This document shows positions 24,613-37,740 of a stretch of 64,000 nucleotides of DNA, in pieces. The first letter of the stretch is position 1; the number at the start of each line of letters is the position of its first letter. The DNA is taken from positions 116,002,001 to 116,066,000 of the forward strand of contig OX597815.1 in NCBI GenBank assembly GCA_951406725.2. The letters run 5' to 3'. A program made the translations under genes and the position numbers. The notes under the pieces are model-generated. The model saw only the letters and a program-made list of their open reading frames with translations. It was not told the DNA's origin and searched no databases. The DNA comes from Octopus vulgaris (lineage: Eukaryota).

Positions 24613-25924
24613 TTCAATGCAGTAGGACAGGAATAATTGCAGGATGTAAGATAGTATATTTTAATAAGTAAATCATTGAATTTAGAGTGTAACTTGGTTG
24701 AATAAATTTTCATTGGTTTTGTAGTCTTCCAAACAACTTAAAGGTCCACGGCATCCTCAGACATTGTGGTTTTCACATGGTTTGTATGTCTGAAAGTCTT
24801 TATTTACATTAACGACTTTACAGAATATACTTGGTGCATTTATTTGCAGCACCATCACTAGAGAGTTTGTCATGTCCTCAATAATACTAAAGGAGTTCTC
24901 TCAGCCCCACACTTAAGAGTGTACTACATGCACCAGTACTTGGGAGGATTGCCATGTCTTTAACAATATTAAAGACTGCTGTCAACTGCCATGTCTCCAT
25001 TTGCTTATCACCACTTTTGTAAAGGATTCTGGTTGGAATTATAGTGACTGACACCAACAGAAGTAGGTTGCTAAAGTTAGTTGATCCAAATAGGTGAGAA
25101 CAGTAGTGAAAGGATGGGCAAGAGAGAGGAGTAAGAGTGTGTTGGTAAGAACAGTGTAATTGGGATAAGGATAGTAGAGGTGTGGCAGATGAATGGTAAG
25201 AAGTGGCTAAATGGGGGAGTAAATGATAGTTGATACCAAATGAAGTTGGGGTGGGGACAAGGGATAATGGTAGAATGTGTAGCTACATGCAGATATGATA
25301 ATGCTTCTTTATGTATATGCCTTGATATAGGTGAGAGGATGAAACTGACAAGGATGGAAAAGGAAGAGATTGATCATTGGGGAGATGAGGGAATTAGGCA
25401 AGGTTTGGTGAAGGGAAGAGGAGATCTGTTGCTATCCTTAGTCACACTGACTGCACAGTAGTGTAGGAATGCAAAGAAAAGCGTGATTAAGTGAGAGATG
25501 AGCAATGGAGGTATGTGCAATGAAGCATGTCTGATAGAAGTATGGATGACAGTGGCATGAGTAATAAAAGGTATGTGGGATAGAGAGTGGGTTTGTAGGT
25601 GTGATAGTGATGAGAAGCTATCAAATAGGCAGATGTAGACATGACAGTATTCATTTATTAATCTGTCTCTTTATACATCTATTTATGCATGCATGCATAC
25701 ATACATACATATGTACATATGCTCATTCACATATACACACGCTTGCATGTGTGTATGTTTATGTATCATCATCACATCACTTTTTCCATGCTTGCTTATT
25801 TTGAATGGAGTTTATTGAGACAGATTTTCTATGGCCAGATTTCTTATCTGTTGCCAAACCTTATTTCCAAGCAAGGTAACACGTACATATGCACAAACAC
25901 AATTTAAATTTCTATTTTACCTTA

Positions 25925-26470
25925 CCTGCATGGCTGGAAGAGAATTTCCTCACACTGTGTTGTCAGTCAACAGGGTTTTTGTCCTCTCCTCTGTGAGATG
26001 CAACAACTTCAGATGTCTTCACCATTCTGTCCAAATTTTCCTCAATATTTATTTTTCACAAGTACCATTCACTTTCAGTGCACAGCAATTCCTTATTAGC
26101 TGTCCCCTTTCATACATATTATATGCCTGTATCAAATATAGCTTTCTTTTTGTGCCGGTATCAATGCCATTTTCTCTCAGTTGATTCTTTCTAGATTCAG
26201 TATTTTATCACCTCATTTGTACTCCACCATTCATGCACAGCAATATTACACATTCAGGAGACCATGCTCACTTCATTTCTTTCTAGTCTTCACAAATCTT
26301 CTGTGTTCAGTACCAGCATCTCACAACCATTCAGTATCATGCTTCATAGACAGGTATCATACAATATGCCCTTCATTGTAAGGAGAAAGCTCTTTGTTTC
26401 CAGCAAACATAACTCCCTGAAGTTTTTCCAACCAGCTCTTACTCTGAATGTTTATGCTTTCAGAATATTC
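25925..26470 (-). pseudogene. Ancient RTE LINE C-terminal fragment
   Basis: Minus strand CEMLVLNTEDL*RLERNEVSMVS*MCNI matches the RLERNEA.ML..ICN motif of the other RTE copies. Confidence 0.65.
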
Positions 26471-27394
26471 ACCGTCACCATCATTTTAATATGCAAATGA
26501 TTGGTGTTGCCATCATGATTCATTAGAGATATAGAGAGTTTCTCTTCACGCACACATGCAAAGTGGTTGATGAGTAGAGATGTAGGAACATCGGATAAAA
26601 TGTGTTGTTGATATTTTTTACTGGCTCTTGCATTATGGGTTCAACTCCTGAAGTCAAAGTACCAGCTAAGTGCTAGTGTAACCCTCTCCTCTTCTACATG
26701 TTACATCCTGGATCTTTTGTTGAGTCATGAGCATGAGGATTGAAACAGTGTTTTCTCCTTTCAACACATTGGCACTTATGGCACGTGTAACCAATTACAA
26801 ATGACTGCTGTGTGTGTGTGTGTGTGTGTGTGTAAGGATTGGCAAATCAAGATGAGACAAAGCAGGGTTGAGAGCTCTATTTACTCTTGCTGGGAGTATG
26901 AAAGCCTCTCTGGTGTTGTTGCCATGAAAAGTGCATTCAGTACACTCTGTAAAATGGCTGATGTAGGATGTACAGTCATAAAAATTATGCTAAAACTGAG
27001 ATGACTGTGATGTGATCCTACCACCTGTCTAAGAGGGTTATAATTACAATAAGAACTAACTCAGATCCTGATAATGCATCCAACTCATGCCAGCATAAAA
27101 ATATATGTAAAATTATGATTGAGTGTGTGTGTGTGTAATTAAGGGTAGCGCTGGATCTCATACACAACCCATGTCATCATCCTTACTTCTGTCTCTTACA
27201 CTAACCATGATTCTACTCTTTCCTTTATCGTTCCATTATTTCCCTTCCTCTAATGTCCTCTAATGCTGTCGCATTACTATCTCCACTACCACTTTCTCAT
27301 AATAAATACATTCTGTTTATCATACTTCAACTTCTCTGAACAACTTGGCAAGTCATCACTCTTATTTTAACCTTGAGGGTTATAAAGGGTAACA

Positions 27395-27721
27395 AGGGAA
27401 CCTCACTAATGCTGGTGCCACAGAAAAAAAAAGTACCCAATGCACTATGTAAAGTGGTTGGTAAATCAAGCAGAGACAATGCAGGATTGATAGAACTCTT
27501 TAGTTTTGCCAAGAGCAAGACAACCCCTCTAATGTTTGTAATAAGAAAAAATGCATCTACTGCAGTTTGTAAAGTGGTTGGTGTTAGGAAGGGCGTTTAA
27601 CCATAGTAACCATATCAAAACTAAGACATAAGGTCCAGATGTGGTTTTTCAACTTTTTGGGCTCTGTTCAACTTCCCAACCCACGCCAGCATGGAAAGTG
27701 AACATAAAGCAATGATGATGA
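27395..27721 (+). mobile_element. RTE-type 3' tail repeat (internally duplicated)
   Basis: gtaaagtggttgg occurs twice; ccaacccacgccagcatggaaa...gatgatgat end. Confidence 0.65.
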
Positions 27722-28846
27722 TATATGCACATTTATAAGCTAACCAAAGGTCAGCTTGTATTGGAACAAGTTATTGAAGGACACACTCAATCACACATTT
27801 CTATGCGATTGTTTTTTATTTTTAGTAGTTAAATAACACATAGTTGTAAACTATTTTAATGTTTTACATTTATGATATTGAAATTTGCATGTGCATGCAC
27901 ACACACACACAACTGGAAGAGGGATTATGATTTGGGTGATTGCACATCTGGTAGTTAAATTTATGTGTTGCCTCCTTCAGAATCTTCTGTGGATTCCCAA
28001 ATCTAATTTTGTGGAAATGTTTTATGGCTTCATGTGTGCCATATGGCTCTCACTTGAGAATCAGTACTTAAGACTACTGTAAAAGGTATCAAATTATAAG
28101 AGCCTAAATCAATAAAGAAATTTAGATTCTAATTCTTTTAGGGCCAAGGATGCTAATTCTAAACGGATGAATTTTTGTATTTGATCATATTACAGCAATG
28201 TAATACATATACTTCAGAAGAAAACAGGTTTTAAAGCAAATCATTACCTAGTTTAACCAGTTTCAGTGAATTCTCTATAATATCCTGGCTTACAATTTAT
28301 GCTAATATTGAAGTAACATTTGAATAATAAGCTAAAGTAATAAATAAAGAAAAGGAAAAGAAACCCTTAAAAAACATGGTCATAAGGAAGGCTTCAGAAG
28401 AAAGTGATCTGAGACTATGAAAATATAGCAACTGAGTCCAAGGAAATGTTACACCCCCTGGGAAATGAAAAAAAAAGGGAAAGCAACTTTAGGAAAACAA
28501 ATATTAATTATGATGACTTACTAATTTGGAGAATCATAAAATGTATGGCAACTTTTATTTATAAATTGTTATATGATACAAAGGAAAGCTTATTAGTTTG
28601 TTTTCTCGTAATTTTTTTTCATCTTTGACTCCACTTAGCTGTCACTAGTCTCACTACATTTTTTTCCCCTTCTCATCATCTTTGACCTATATTATATGAC
28701 CACTGTGTACTACATTTAATGACTTACACAGTTCATGTTAATAAGGGGACCAACACAATTACTCAAACGGCTTGAAGTAGCAACCAAATCTTTTAAAAAT
28801 CTTATCTTACTATTTTAAAAGGATTGATATACTATAATCCTGTATA

Positions 28847-29235
28847 TTTTGTTTACTCTTTTACTTGTTCCAGCCATGTGACTGTGGCCATGCTGAAGCA
28901 CTGCCTTTAGTCAAGCAAATTGACCCCAGGACTTATTCTTTGTAAGCCTAGTACTTATTCTATCAGTCTCTTTTGCCGAACTGCTAAGTTACAGGGACGT
29001 AAACACACCAGCATCGGTTGTCAAGCGATGTTGGAGCAACAAACACAGACACATATAAATATACATATATACGATGGGCTTCTTTCAGTTTCCATCTACC
29101 AAATCCACTGACAAGGCTTTGGTTGGCCCGAGGCTATAGTAGAAGACACTTGCCCAAGGTGCCATGCAGTGGGTCTGAACCCAGAACCATGTGGTTTGTA
29201 AGCAAGCTACTTACCACAAAGCCACTCCTATGCCT
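28847..29235 (-). mobile_element. Near full-length tRNA-derived SINE with alternative (non-RTE) tail
   Basis: Head gacacttgcccaaggtgccatgcagtggg...agcaagctacttaccaca; tail ctagtacttattctatc..tctcttttgccgaactgctaagttac...ggccatgctg. Confidence 0.85.
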
Positions 29236-31432
29236 GTTTGATAAAAAAAAAGGTAGAAAAAAAATAGAATAATCGTGCCAATATATTTCAACCATTATTT
29301 TTTACTTTGAAAATCTTCTTCTCCAAACTAGTTTGGATTTGATGGACCTTAAAATGAGTAGACATATAAGGGTGTTGAAAGTTAGGAAAGGTATATAATA
29401 TATGCTCTTTAAAACCTGTGATGATAAAACAGGAACATTTTAGTAAGAATGAGTGACAAGTGAGTAACTCAACTGCTCCCATTTTTTGCTGACAGAAGCA
29501 AGAAATGTATATAGGACAAGAAATTCACTAATATCAACAGCAATATTTTGGCAATAGTTTTTGTTTCTTCACAGCAACAATATTTATTTCAATAACAACC
29601 ACATTTCCTTTCTAATTTATCTCACATGTATTTATTGTTGCACCATTATCAAACTCTTAAACCCTTCTTTGATTGTTTCATATCAAAATCTCTCCTTTAG
29701 AAAAAATAATCAGAGTAAATTAAATATAAATTAGTGGCCATAACTTTTTAAGTAACTCATTCTAAAAGGGTCCAAAGGAAGATTTCTTAGTTCTCGTCAT
29801 TAATAGTCATATACATTTACATGAGGAAACTCACACACACATGCGCACTGTTTTCCCCTCAGATTTGATATCAACTTCACCCTTTTCACTTTCAAATTCA
29901 TCATCATCAACCTCAATTTCATTATTGCCAGCCCTGATTACATTGTTGTCGATCTCAATTTCATCATTGTCAACTTAAATATCATCCTTGTGTGATGGAG
30001 CAAATTTTTTATGAACAGATATTGGCATCAGTGATTACTTGCACACAATTGTGAAAGAATATAAACATTAAAATTTTTTTGTAAAGGATTACAAGTTTTA
30101 TAAAATAAAAATTGTTTCACCTTACTATTATTGGAAATATATGTACATTTGGTACATTAAATGTAAAACTGCATAGTATTCTACATATATACATATATAA
30201 CATGACAAAGATAAAAATAAATAACATTAGTTTAACCTTTTATTCATCATTCCCATTTCTTAACTCTCTTAATCCTGCACAATCATCTTCAGTAATCAAA
30301 GTTAACTTGGTGTTGATAAATAATATTTTTTATATAAATACATATATTAAAACCAGGAGAACTTTGACTTGTTACAGAATTGTAAAAGAATGTAAACATT
30401 AAAAAGTTTCACTGATATCAATGTCTGGTCATAGAAAAAAAAATCACTCGATCGTACAGTGATAGTATAAAATGGTAATAATGAAATTGAGGCTGATGAT
30501 GACAAATATGAAGTTGACTCTGATGGGGTTGAGAATGACACATTTGATAGGAAACCATGTGTATATGGTACAGGTATAGCTATGTAGTAAAGATGCTTAC
30601 TTTGGAATATCAATTGTTTTCAGTTAGATCTTGCTGCATGTCATTTATTACTTTTGGCTAGCAGTGGCATTATATCTCTTGTAGCTTGGGCAGTTCAACA
30701 TGCAAAGGGGATTGGAATAAAGTACCTTATTTAAAAACATGTAAGAGTTGGTATCAGGAAGGGTATTTAGCTATAGAATATTGTTTCTAGAAGTTTTATC
30801 CCACTCATGCCAACATGGAAAAAGTAGGCATGACAATGACAATATAAGTTTCGATATATATGATATTGAATGTTGTTAATTTTGGAAACAGTTATTAAAG
30901 CAAGTGCAGGCTATATAAAAGAGACTGTGGCAACTCGTGAATGTTTTAGCACAGTTGTGAAGTTAATATTAAAGTTTTTGTTTTTATATGTTCCACCTTC
31001 CATAAAATGAATTCACATATGCAGAAATATGTATGTTCTCTCTCCCTCTCACTCACACAGTTTGGCAGGCCAGTGGTGGTCTTTGTTAGCATGAATTAGA
31101 ACTAAAAATGAGAGCTTTATATTAATGTGTAGTGAGGTGAGTAGAAGAGTAAGCTCTTCTTCACACTAACTTTTCTATTATATACAGATACATGAAAAGC
31201 ACAAACTATGCTCTAATAGTTCAAACATTAATAGGAGTGATGTAATATTACCAGCACAAAAATATTAAAGAAAACTTGTATGCATCTGTATGTGTTTGTA
31301 AATGCATGCACATATGTTGGTAATAATGAGTATACACATGCATGTATATTAAATAAATTTAATATATATACATTTGCATACATATTAAATTTTTGTCATT
31401 GTATATAGGCTCACCTCATATATGTATGTATG

Positions 31433-31465
<33 letters not shown>

Positions 31466-31469
<4 letters not shown>

Positions 31470-31820
31470 GTAAGAACTCACTGTGGACAAAGCTGCATGG
31501 TGTTTGGTTATAAATAAATAAAAAATACACATTAAGTAGAGGACATCACCAGTGAGTGAAAAATACGTAAACACATGAGAGAAAAGTACAGGACAAAATA
31601 CCAAAAGAAGTCTAACTCCTCCTCAGTTGTTAACTGTTAATTACTCCCTATTTTGAGCTTTGAATGAAAGCATGAAATAGGGAGTAATAAACAGTTGACA
31701 ACTGAAGCGGAGTTAGACTTCTTTTGGTATTTTGTCCCATACTTATCTCTCATTCTGTGTTTCTGTATTTCTCACTTGTTGGTGATATCCTGTACTTAAT
31801 GTTGTATCTTTCATTCATAA
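31466..31820. mobile_element. Fold-back element C (arms about 31509-31661 and 31667-31820; unpaired tail 31466-31508 next to (TA)n)
   Basis: ggacaaaataccaaaagaagtctaactcc / ggagttagacttcttttggtattttgtcc; ttactccctattt / aaatagggagtaa; attaagtagaggacatcacc / ggtgatatcctgtacttaat; central loop gaatg. Confidence 0.85.
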
Positions 31821-31844
31821 TATTTATGAATATTTAAAGTTACT

Positions 31845-32028
31845 TGGTGACCTCGCTAGTGCTGGTTGCATGAAAAAAAGTGTATTCAGTACACACTGTA
31901 AAGTGATTGGGGTTAGGGAAGGCATCCAGCCACAGAAACCATGTCAAACCTGACATTGAGGATTGCTGGATCCTGTCAAAGTGTCCAACTCATGCCAGCC
32001 AGGAATACAGACATTAAATGATGATGAT
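31845..32028 (+). mobile_element. RTE-type 3' tail repeat
   Basis: ggtgacctcgctagtgctgg...gaaggcatccagcc...tccaactcatgccagc...ttaaatgatgatgat. Confidence 0.7.
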
Positions 32029-33166
32029 ATAAACCTGTTACCATGATGCATATACATGTATTACAAACCCATGAAAGAACTTCTAACACTAAAAATAGCA
32101 ACTAAATCCTATTCTATCATTACATAATGTGGTCATAAATACACTATCTTAATAAATGATGAGATGGTCACAGCTGAACACTTTCGATCATAGGTCTGTC
32201 TGGTCAGGGCTGACATCAGACTAAACATATTTAGCTATCTGTGATTACACATTCAAGAAGAAAACAGATGAATCTTTTCATTTTATTTTGTAGATGTTAG
32301 TAAAGATTTAAAAATGTATTTAGGCTTCCTTTGATTTTGATGGATACTTCTTTATGAAATATGTTGTTATATAAATGCAAAAATCAGTATTGATTTTTTT
32401 TTACATGAAAATAATAGAAAGGACAAAAGAATTCATAGGAAAAGCTGATTATCTCTAAAGAAAGAACTACTACTTTATTTCCCTCAGTTATGGAATATTT
32501 TCTTACAATAAAAATTTAGCAATTAAAAAGGTAAAAGAAAAACAAAATCTATCTTTCTGTTGATTTTTGAGAATTGTTAATAATTGCAGCAGAGTAGACT
32601 AATATTAGTATTTCATAATTTGCCAAAATATATTGACTAATGCTGGCAGATCTTCCATCTGGGTTTCACATGAACTTAATTAAAGGGATCAATACACATA
32701 AATAGAATAGGCATTAAAATGTTTTATTCTTTATTTTTAACATTATGAAATATTTCTTGCTATTTATGCTTTATTATAAGACATTATGGTCAAGTGGATA
32801 ATGTTACTGGCTCATAGCTCATGAAATCCTAATTCCATATCTTTTTGAAGCATTTCTAGAAAATATACCTTTGTAGTTTAGGAGGAACTATTTAAGTAAA
32901 CCTAAGTAAATTGTTGGTCATATTTTGTGTGTGTGTGTGTGTGTCTTCCTAATGCATATGATATTATTGTGTATATGTAAGACAGAGTAGAAATTAAGCT
33001 GTTGTTTGAACTGGCCAAAGTAGTATACCTTCATCTAAAAACAATTTCAAGCAACCACTGTCTTCAAGCTAGTAGTTTAGGACAGGTACTAGTTCTTGGA
33101 AAGAAGTGCGCTTTGGCTATATTTCTAATACTAAAGAATGAATCAGAATGATGTACAATTTTGTAT

Positions 33167-33301
33167 AGGTGCTGGCATGTCTGTGTAGTTAAGAAGCTCA
33201 CTTTGTAACCATGTAGTTTCAGGTTCAGTCCCACTGCATGGTACACCAGGCAAGTGATTTCTACTATAATCCTGCACTGACCAATTCCTTATGAGTGGAT
33301 T

Positions 33302-33334
<33 letters not shown>

Positions 33335-33510
33335 TGTGTTCTCCCCATTGCCTGACAACTAGTGTTGATTGGTTTAAATCCCTGTAACTTAGTGGTTTCA
33401 GCAAAAGAGACCAATGAAATAAGTACTAGATTTGAAGAAAAATAAGTACTGGGAGTGATTTGTCCAACTAAAGCAGCCCCAGCATGGCCGCAATCCAATG
33501 ACTGGAACAA
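33167..33510 (+). mobile_element. tRNA-derived SINE, alternative tail
   Basis: ggttcagtcccactgcatgg, (TG)n, ccctgtaacttagtggtt..gcaaaagagacc, cagcatggccgca. Confidence 0.8.
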
Positions 33511-35090
33511 AAACGATAAGAAGAAAAGTAATATTGCTTGCTACCGACAATGTGATATTGACTCGAAAAATTTTTTTAAATATTTTTGTCTCTTCTAGAA
33601 TGTAGGTTTTAACTTGTGTTTGCATTTACTGCCATTGTTTTGATCATTAATGTTGGTGGCATATCTCTTGCAATCTTTTCATTACCAGCAGTTATTATCA
33701 TTGACACTAACAGTTCTACAGCCAGAAATCTGTAACTTCTTATAAATCTCAGTGATATTATTTTCCTTTGCATAATTTGGAGGCAGAAAAATTGTTTTGC
33801 ATCAGTTGTAAATATCAAGAAATCTAATTAAGAATACTTCTGCAGTGATAAAAAATAAAAATAAAGCAAAAACAGCATTAGCTCAATGAATAATAATAAT
33901 ATTTGACTCATCACGACAAATATGGTAGAGAACTCTTGAAATGTTTTCTCAGTGAAGCATAGACCTCATTCATTGAAAAAATCTAATAAAACTGAAACAT
34001 GTCTAAAGTTGTTTTCATGCTGATCAAAATATCACTCATTAGGCTAATGTCTTTTCCTTCTTACATAAGTATTTCTTTTCACTCTTACTGTATTATGTTA
34101 GTACTGACTTTACAATTTTTTTTATTTCTTTATCCTGATGATGTCTCCAAGGAATTACCCTCAGTGATTTATTTTTTTAAATATCTTTTGATTGAAATTC
34201 ACATCTACATCTTAATATAACTGTAGATTGTTTGGCAGAACCTACCACTTCTTTTAAATGATTGACCATTTTATTTATAACTTGCCAAGTTTTTGTTATT
34301 AAAGAATATATTTATTCTCTTGGCCGAAGGTGAAATTGATGTAAGTCATATGTATTTACTTTGCAATTTAGCCTGATTTTCATTCACCCAACCATCAAAT
34401 CTTTTTATAATGACACTATCTTTAGTAATTGTGAGCTTTCTTTATATTAAACATTAGCTGTGTAATATTATGGCTGACATTCTTGTTTCTAGAATGTAAT
34501 TTACATTATTCCTTTTGTATTTGATATAATCTTTTATGTAGTAGCCCCTTCTTCAATTCCTTCAGCTGTGTTTCAGCAATTTATTCAGAAGTTTAATGAA
34601 TATACTACATGATGTTATTTTGAACCATTTCTAAAGTAATAAATTATTTATTTATATAGCTGTTACGTGTATGCAACGTTTTCTTCACAGAAATGAATAT
34701 CTTGGGTGAGATAGTGTATATTTGAAAGTGAGTGAGGAAGAAGTGTGACAAAAATTATTTGACACCACTAGTAGCACATTTGTACTTCATATTCAGAAGA
34801 GCAGATTATTTCTGATCTAAATGTTAAACAAAACAACAAAATATGACAAATATGAATTATATATAGAAATCAGTGAATGGCAATAGTTTGAATGTTAGGT
34901 CTTCATTGCATCTCCACATAGTTATGCGGCAGACATATATTTATTTTGAGTGATATATTTAGGAGATAGGCTTGTAAGTAAATAAATTCATTTTTAGAGT
35001 TGTACTCCAAACAAGAAAATGTATCAAATTCATAAATAATAATAACATTTTTCTTTTTGTCCTTGCTCTTCTTAATGTCATATGTACATG

Positions 35091-35261
35091 TGATCTGAAT
35101 AAATATTAGATGGGAACACGAGATATCATCGCTCTGTTCTGAATGTGACCTGAATGAACATCACAAGGGGATACAAGGTATCGTCTGTCCTTGGTGTTCT
35201 TAACGACATATATACCAATGAGCTGAACAAATATCTCATGGGAACACAAGATATTGTCTGC
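35091..35261 (+). repeat. Three degenerate direct repeats of about 43 bp
   Basis: tga.ctgaa..aa.at...a.ggg.a.ac.ag.tat..t units starting at 35091, 35146 and 35219. Confidence 0.6.
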
Positions 35262-35344
35262 ATTTTTTAAAACTGAATTCTAATCTTACTTCCATTTCCT
35301 TATATATCAGACCAAATATGATAGATTACTGTTAAATCATCATC

Positions 35345-35697
35345 ACAAGATGTAGCTGTGTGGTAAGAAGCTTGCTTCACAACTACATGGTTCTGGGTTG
35401 AGTCCTACTGTATGGCAGCTTGGGCTATAGTTAGTCTTCTACTATAGCCTCAGTTGATCAGAGCTTTGTGAGTGGATTTGATAGAAGGAAACTGAAAGAA
35501 GTCTGTTGTGTGTGTGTGTGTGTGTGTCTTTGTGCCCCCACCCCACCACTTGACAATTAGTGTTGGTGTGTTTACATCCCTGTAACTTAGCTGTTTGAAA
35601 ACAGATACTAACAGAATAAGTACCAAGCTTAAAAGAAAGAAGTATTGTGGTAGATGCCCCAGCATGGCTGTAGTCTTATGACTCTGAAACATGTAAA
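35345..35697 (+). mobile_element. tRNA-derived SINE, alternative tail
   Basis: gctgtgtggtaagaagcttgcttc...gaaactgaaagaag...(TG)n...ccctgtaacttag...agaataagtacc...cagcatggctg. Confidence 0.8.
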
Positions 35698-36057
35698 AAA
35701 TCATGTTATGTCAATTTTCTATGCTGGTTTCAGTTGGACAAGTTGTCAAGATCTGAATCAGTTCTTATTTAGAGTTACGGTTTTCCTAGATGGCTTGGAG
35801 GACTACATTTTGCTTGCAGTTTTTATTTTTAGTTTGGTTCTTTATGACTGGATGTCTTTCCTATCACCAACCACTTTAAAAGCTCTACAAACTTTAACAT
35901 GTATACAATGAAGAAATTTCTTTTTTAAAATAATTGGTATCCATGATATCTATGGGTTTTTTTTCCAAAATGAATGTAAAATATTTTCTGTGAGTTAGAG
36001 TTCACTAAATTTATTAAAAAAATAGAAATTATTTAATGCATAAGTGCAAATGTGGTT

Positions 36058-36450
36058 GTAGGTGCTGGGATGGCTATGTGGCTAAGAATTTTGCTTCTCA
36101 ACTTCTGGTCCCAGGTTCAGTCACACCACACAGTATCTTGGATGTCTACTACTATAGCTCCAAGTAAACTAAATCCTTATATGTAGACTTGGTTGATGGA
36201 AACTGAAAGAAGCCCGTGTGTGTCCTTATACTGACATTATGTGATGGTTATAAATAAGCATCACCATCATACAAGCCTTGTTGTTCGTTTCCAGTCTTCT
36301 ATGAAAAACATGTCTGGCCATGGGGAAATATTACCATGCTTGGAAACAGATAAGGGTTGGTAACAGAGAGGGCATCTGATTATAGAAAACCTGCTTCAAC
36401 AAATTCCATCTAGTACATGGAAGCATGGGAAAGTGGATGTTAACTGATGA
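36058..36450 (+). mobile_element. tRNA-derived SINE, RTE-like tail
   Basis: ggaaactgaaagaagcccg...ggggaaatattaccatgcttggaaacag...agcatgggaaagtggatgttaa. Confidence 0.8.
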
Positions 36451-37499
36451 AGTTTTTTCAATTGATCATTATGGTAGTTAGAAAATTATTTACACATCTA
36501 TTTTTGATAATCATCAAAAATAGATGTGTAAATAATTTTGTGAAAAATATGACATACACAACATCTGCAAAGATCTGGCAGTTTTCTCTGCTGTTCTATG
36601 TATCAGATGATGGAGGACTGTGGCAAATGGTGGTCCAAAACTGTAACAGACCTGTTCAATGTCTGCCAGTGTAGGAAGATGGATGTAGAATAATGACAAT
36701 GATAATCTATTTATATTCATATGTTCTATAACCACTTTGTCATCAAATTCTCCTCTAGAGTTAATACAGTCTGACTCTGTTTTCTTTACTTATTCATATG
36801 ACATGCAAGAATGGATTGATGCATGTGCCATAATCTGGGTCATCTAACTAAACGCTGCATATCTATCTCCACAAAGATAAGAACAAAAAGATAAAGCATG
36901 CACCACTGCATAAGCATAATACTATAAGATAATGTTATTTTAGCAATGAGCTTCAGATAACGATTAGCTTTATTTGATTATAGTTTGTAATTAGCAAAAT
37001 GTGTTAATTTCACATCAGTGCTTATGTAGTTAAAAGATTATCATTCAGTCATGTTACATGTCATTTTATATATTATTTGCTTGCATGAAGTGGAAGGGCA
37101 AGGTCTACTGTTTTTCATAAAGTCCTCTTGAAGTGGCAGGTAGAAAAACATTGCTAATGTTTATTCTATACACATTATACACATTACCAATGTTTTCCTA
37201 TCCACTTGGGTATTGGTGTGTTTTCCTTCCCATTTGGAATTGCTTTGAGAAATGGGTTGAATCAATGTAAAGGACTGGGAAAGTGTTTATTAGATTTAAC
37301 AGGTGTGGCAATTGGGAGATGATAGAAGGGACAAGAGTTGGTATTGATAAACATAGAAGATTCACTAATGACAATGTAGTCAGTTTCATACCTGTGAGAG
37401 GGAAGCTGTAAAAAGTATAAAGTTAATTTGTTGTGGGTTAGATTTCAGTAAACTAAAAGCTGAAATGATATTTCAAAAATTGACCTACCTGTTGTAGAT

Positions 37500-37740
37500 C
37501 ATCATCATCAACAGCACTACTATCATCAAAATATGGTTTAAATGATTCAACAGGCATGACTTGGATGATTCAACAGGTCTGACAAGATGGAGGACTGCTC
37601 CAGTGTTTGTTTTAGCATGGTTTTTCTGACTGATATCCTTCCAAACACCATTCACTTTACATAGAGTAGTGGGTGGTCTTTCTCACAACACCAGCACTTG
37701 TGAGGTCATAACCCATAAGACTAAAGATCTCCCTTCAGTG
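37500..37740 (-). mobile_element. Degraded RTE-type 3' tail repeat
   Basis: (ATC)n at the left end; atccttccaaacacca.tcactttaca.agagt is the reverse complement of the tail motif. Confidence 0.5.

Noticed and set aside
31600-31725. Hammerhead ribozyme in element C
   Set aside because: CTGAGGA and GAAA...GTA pieces are present, but helices I and III cannot be formed in any permutation I tried.
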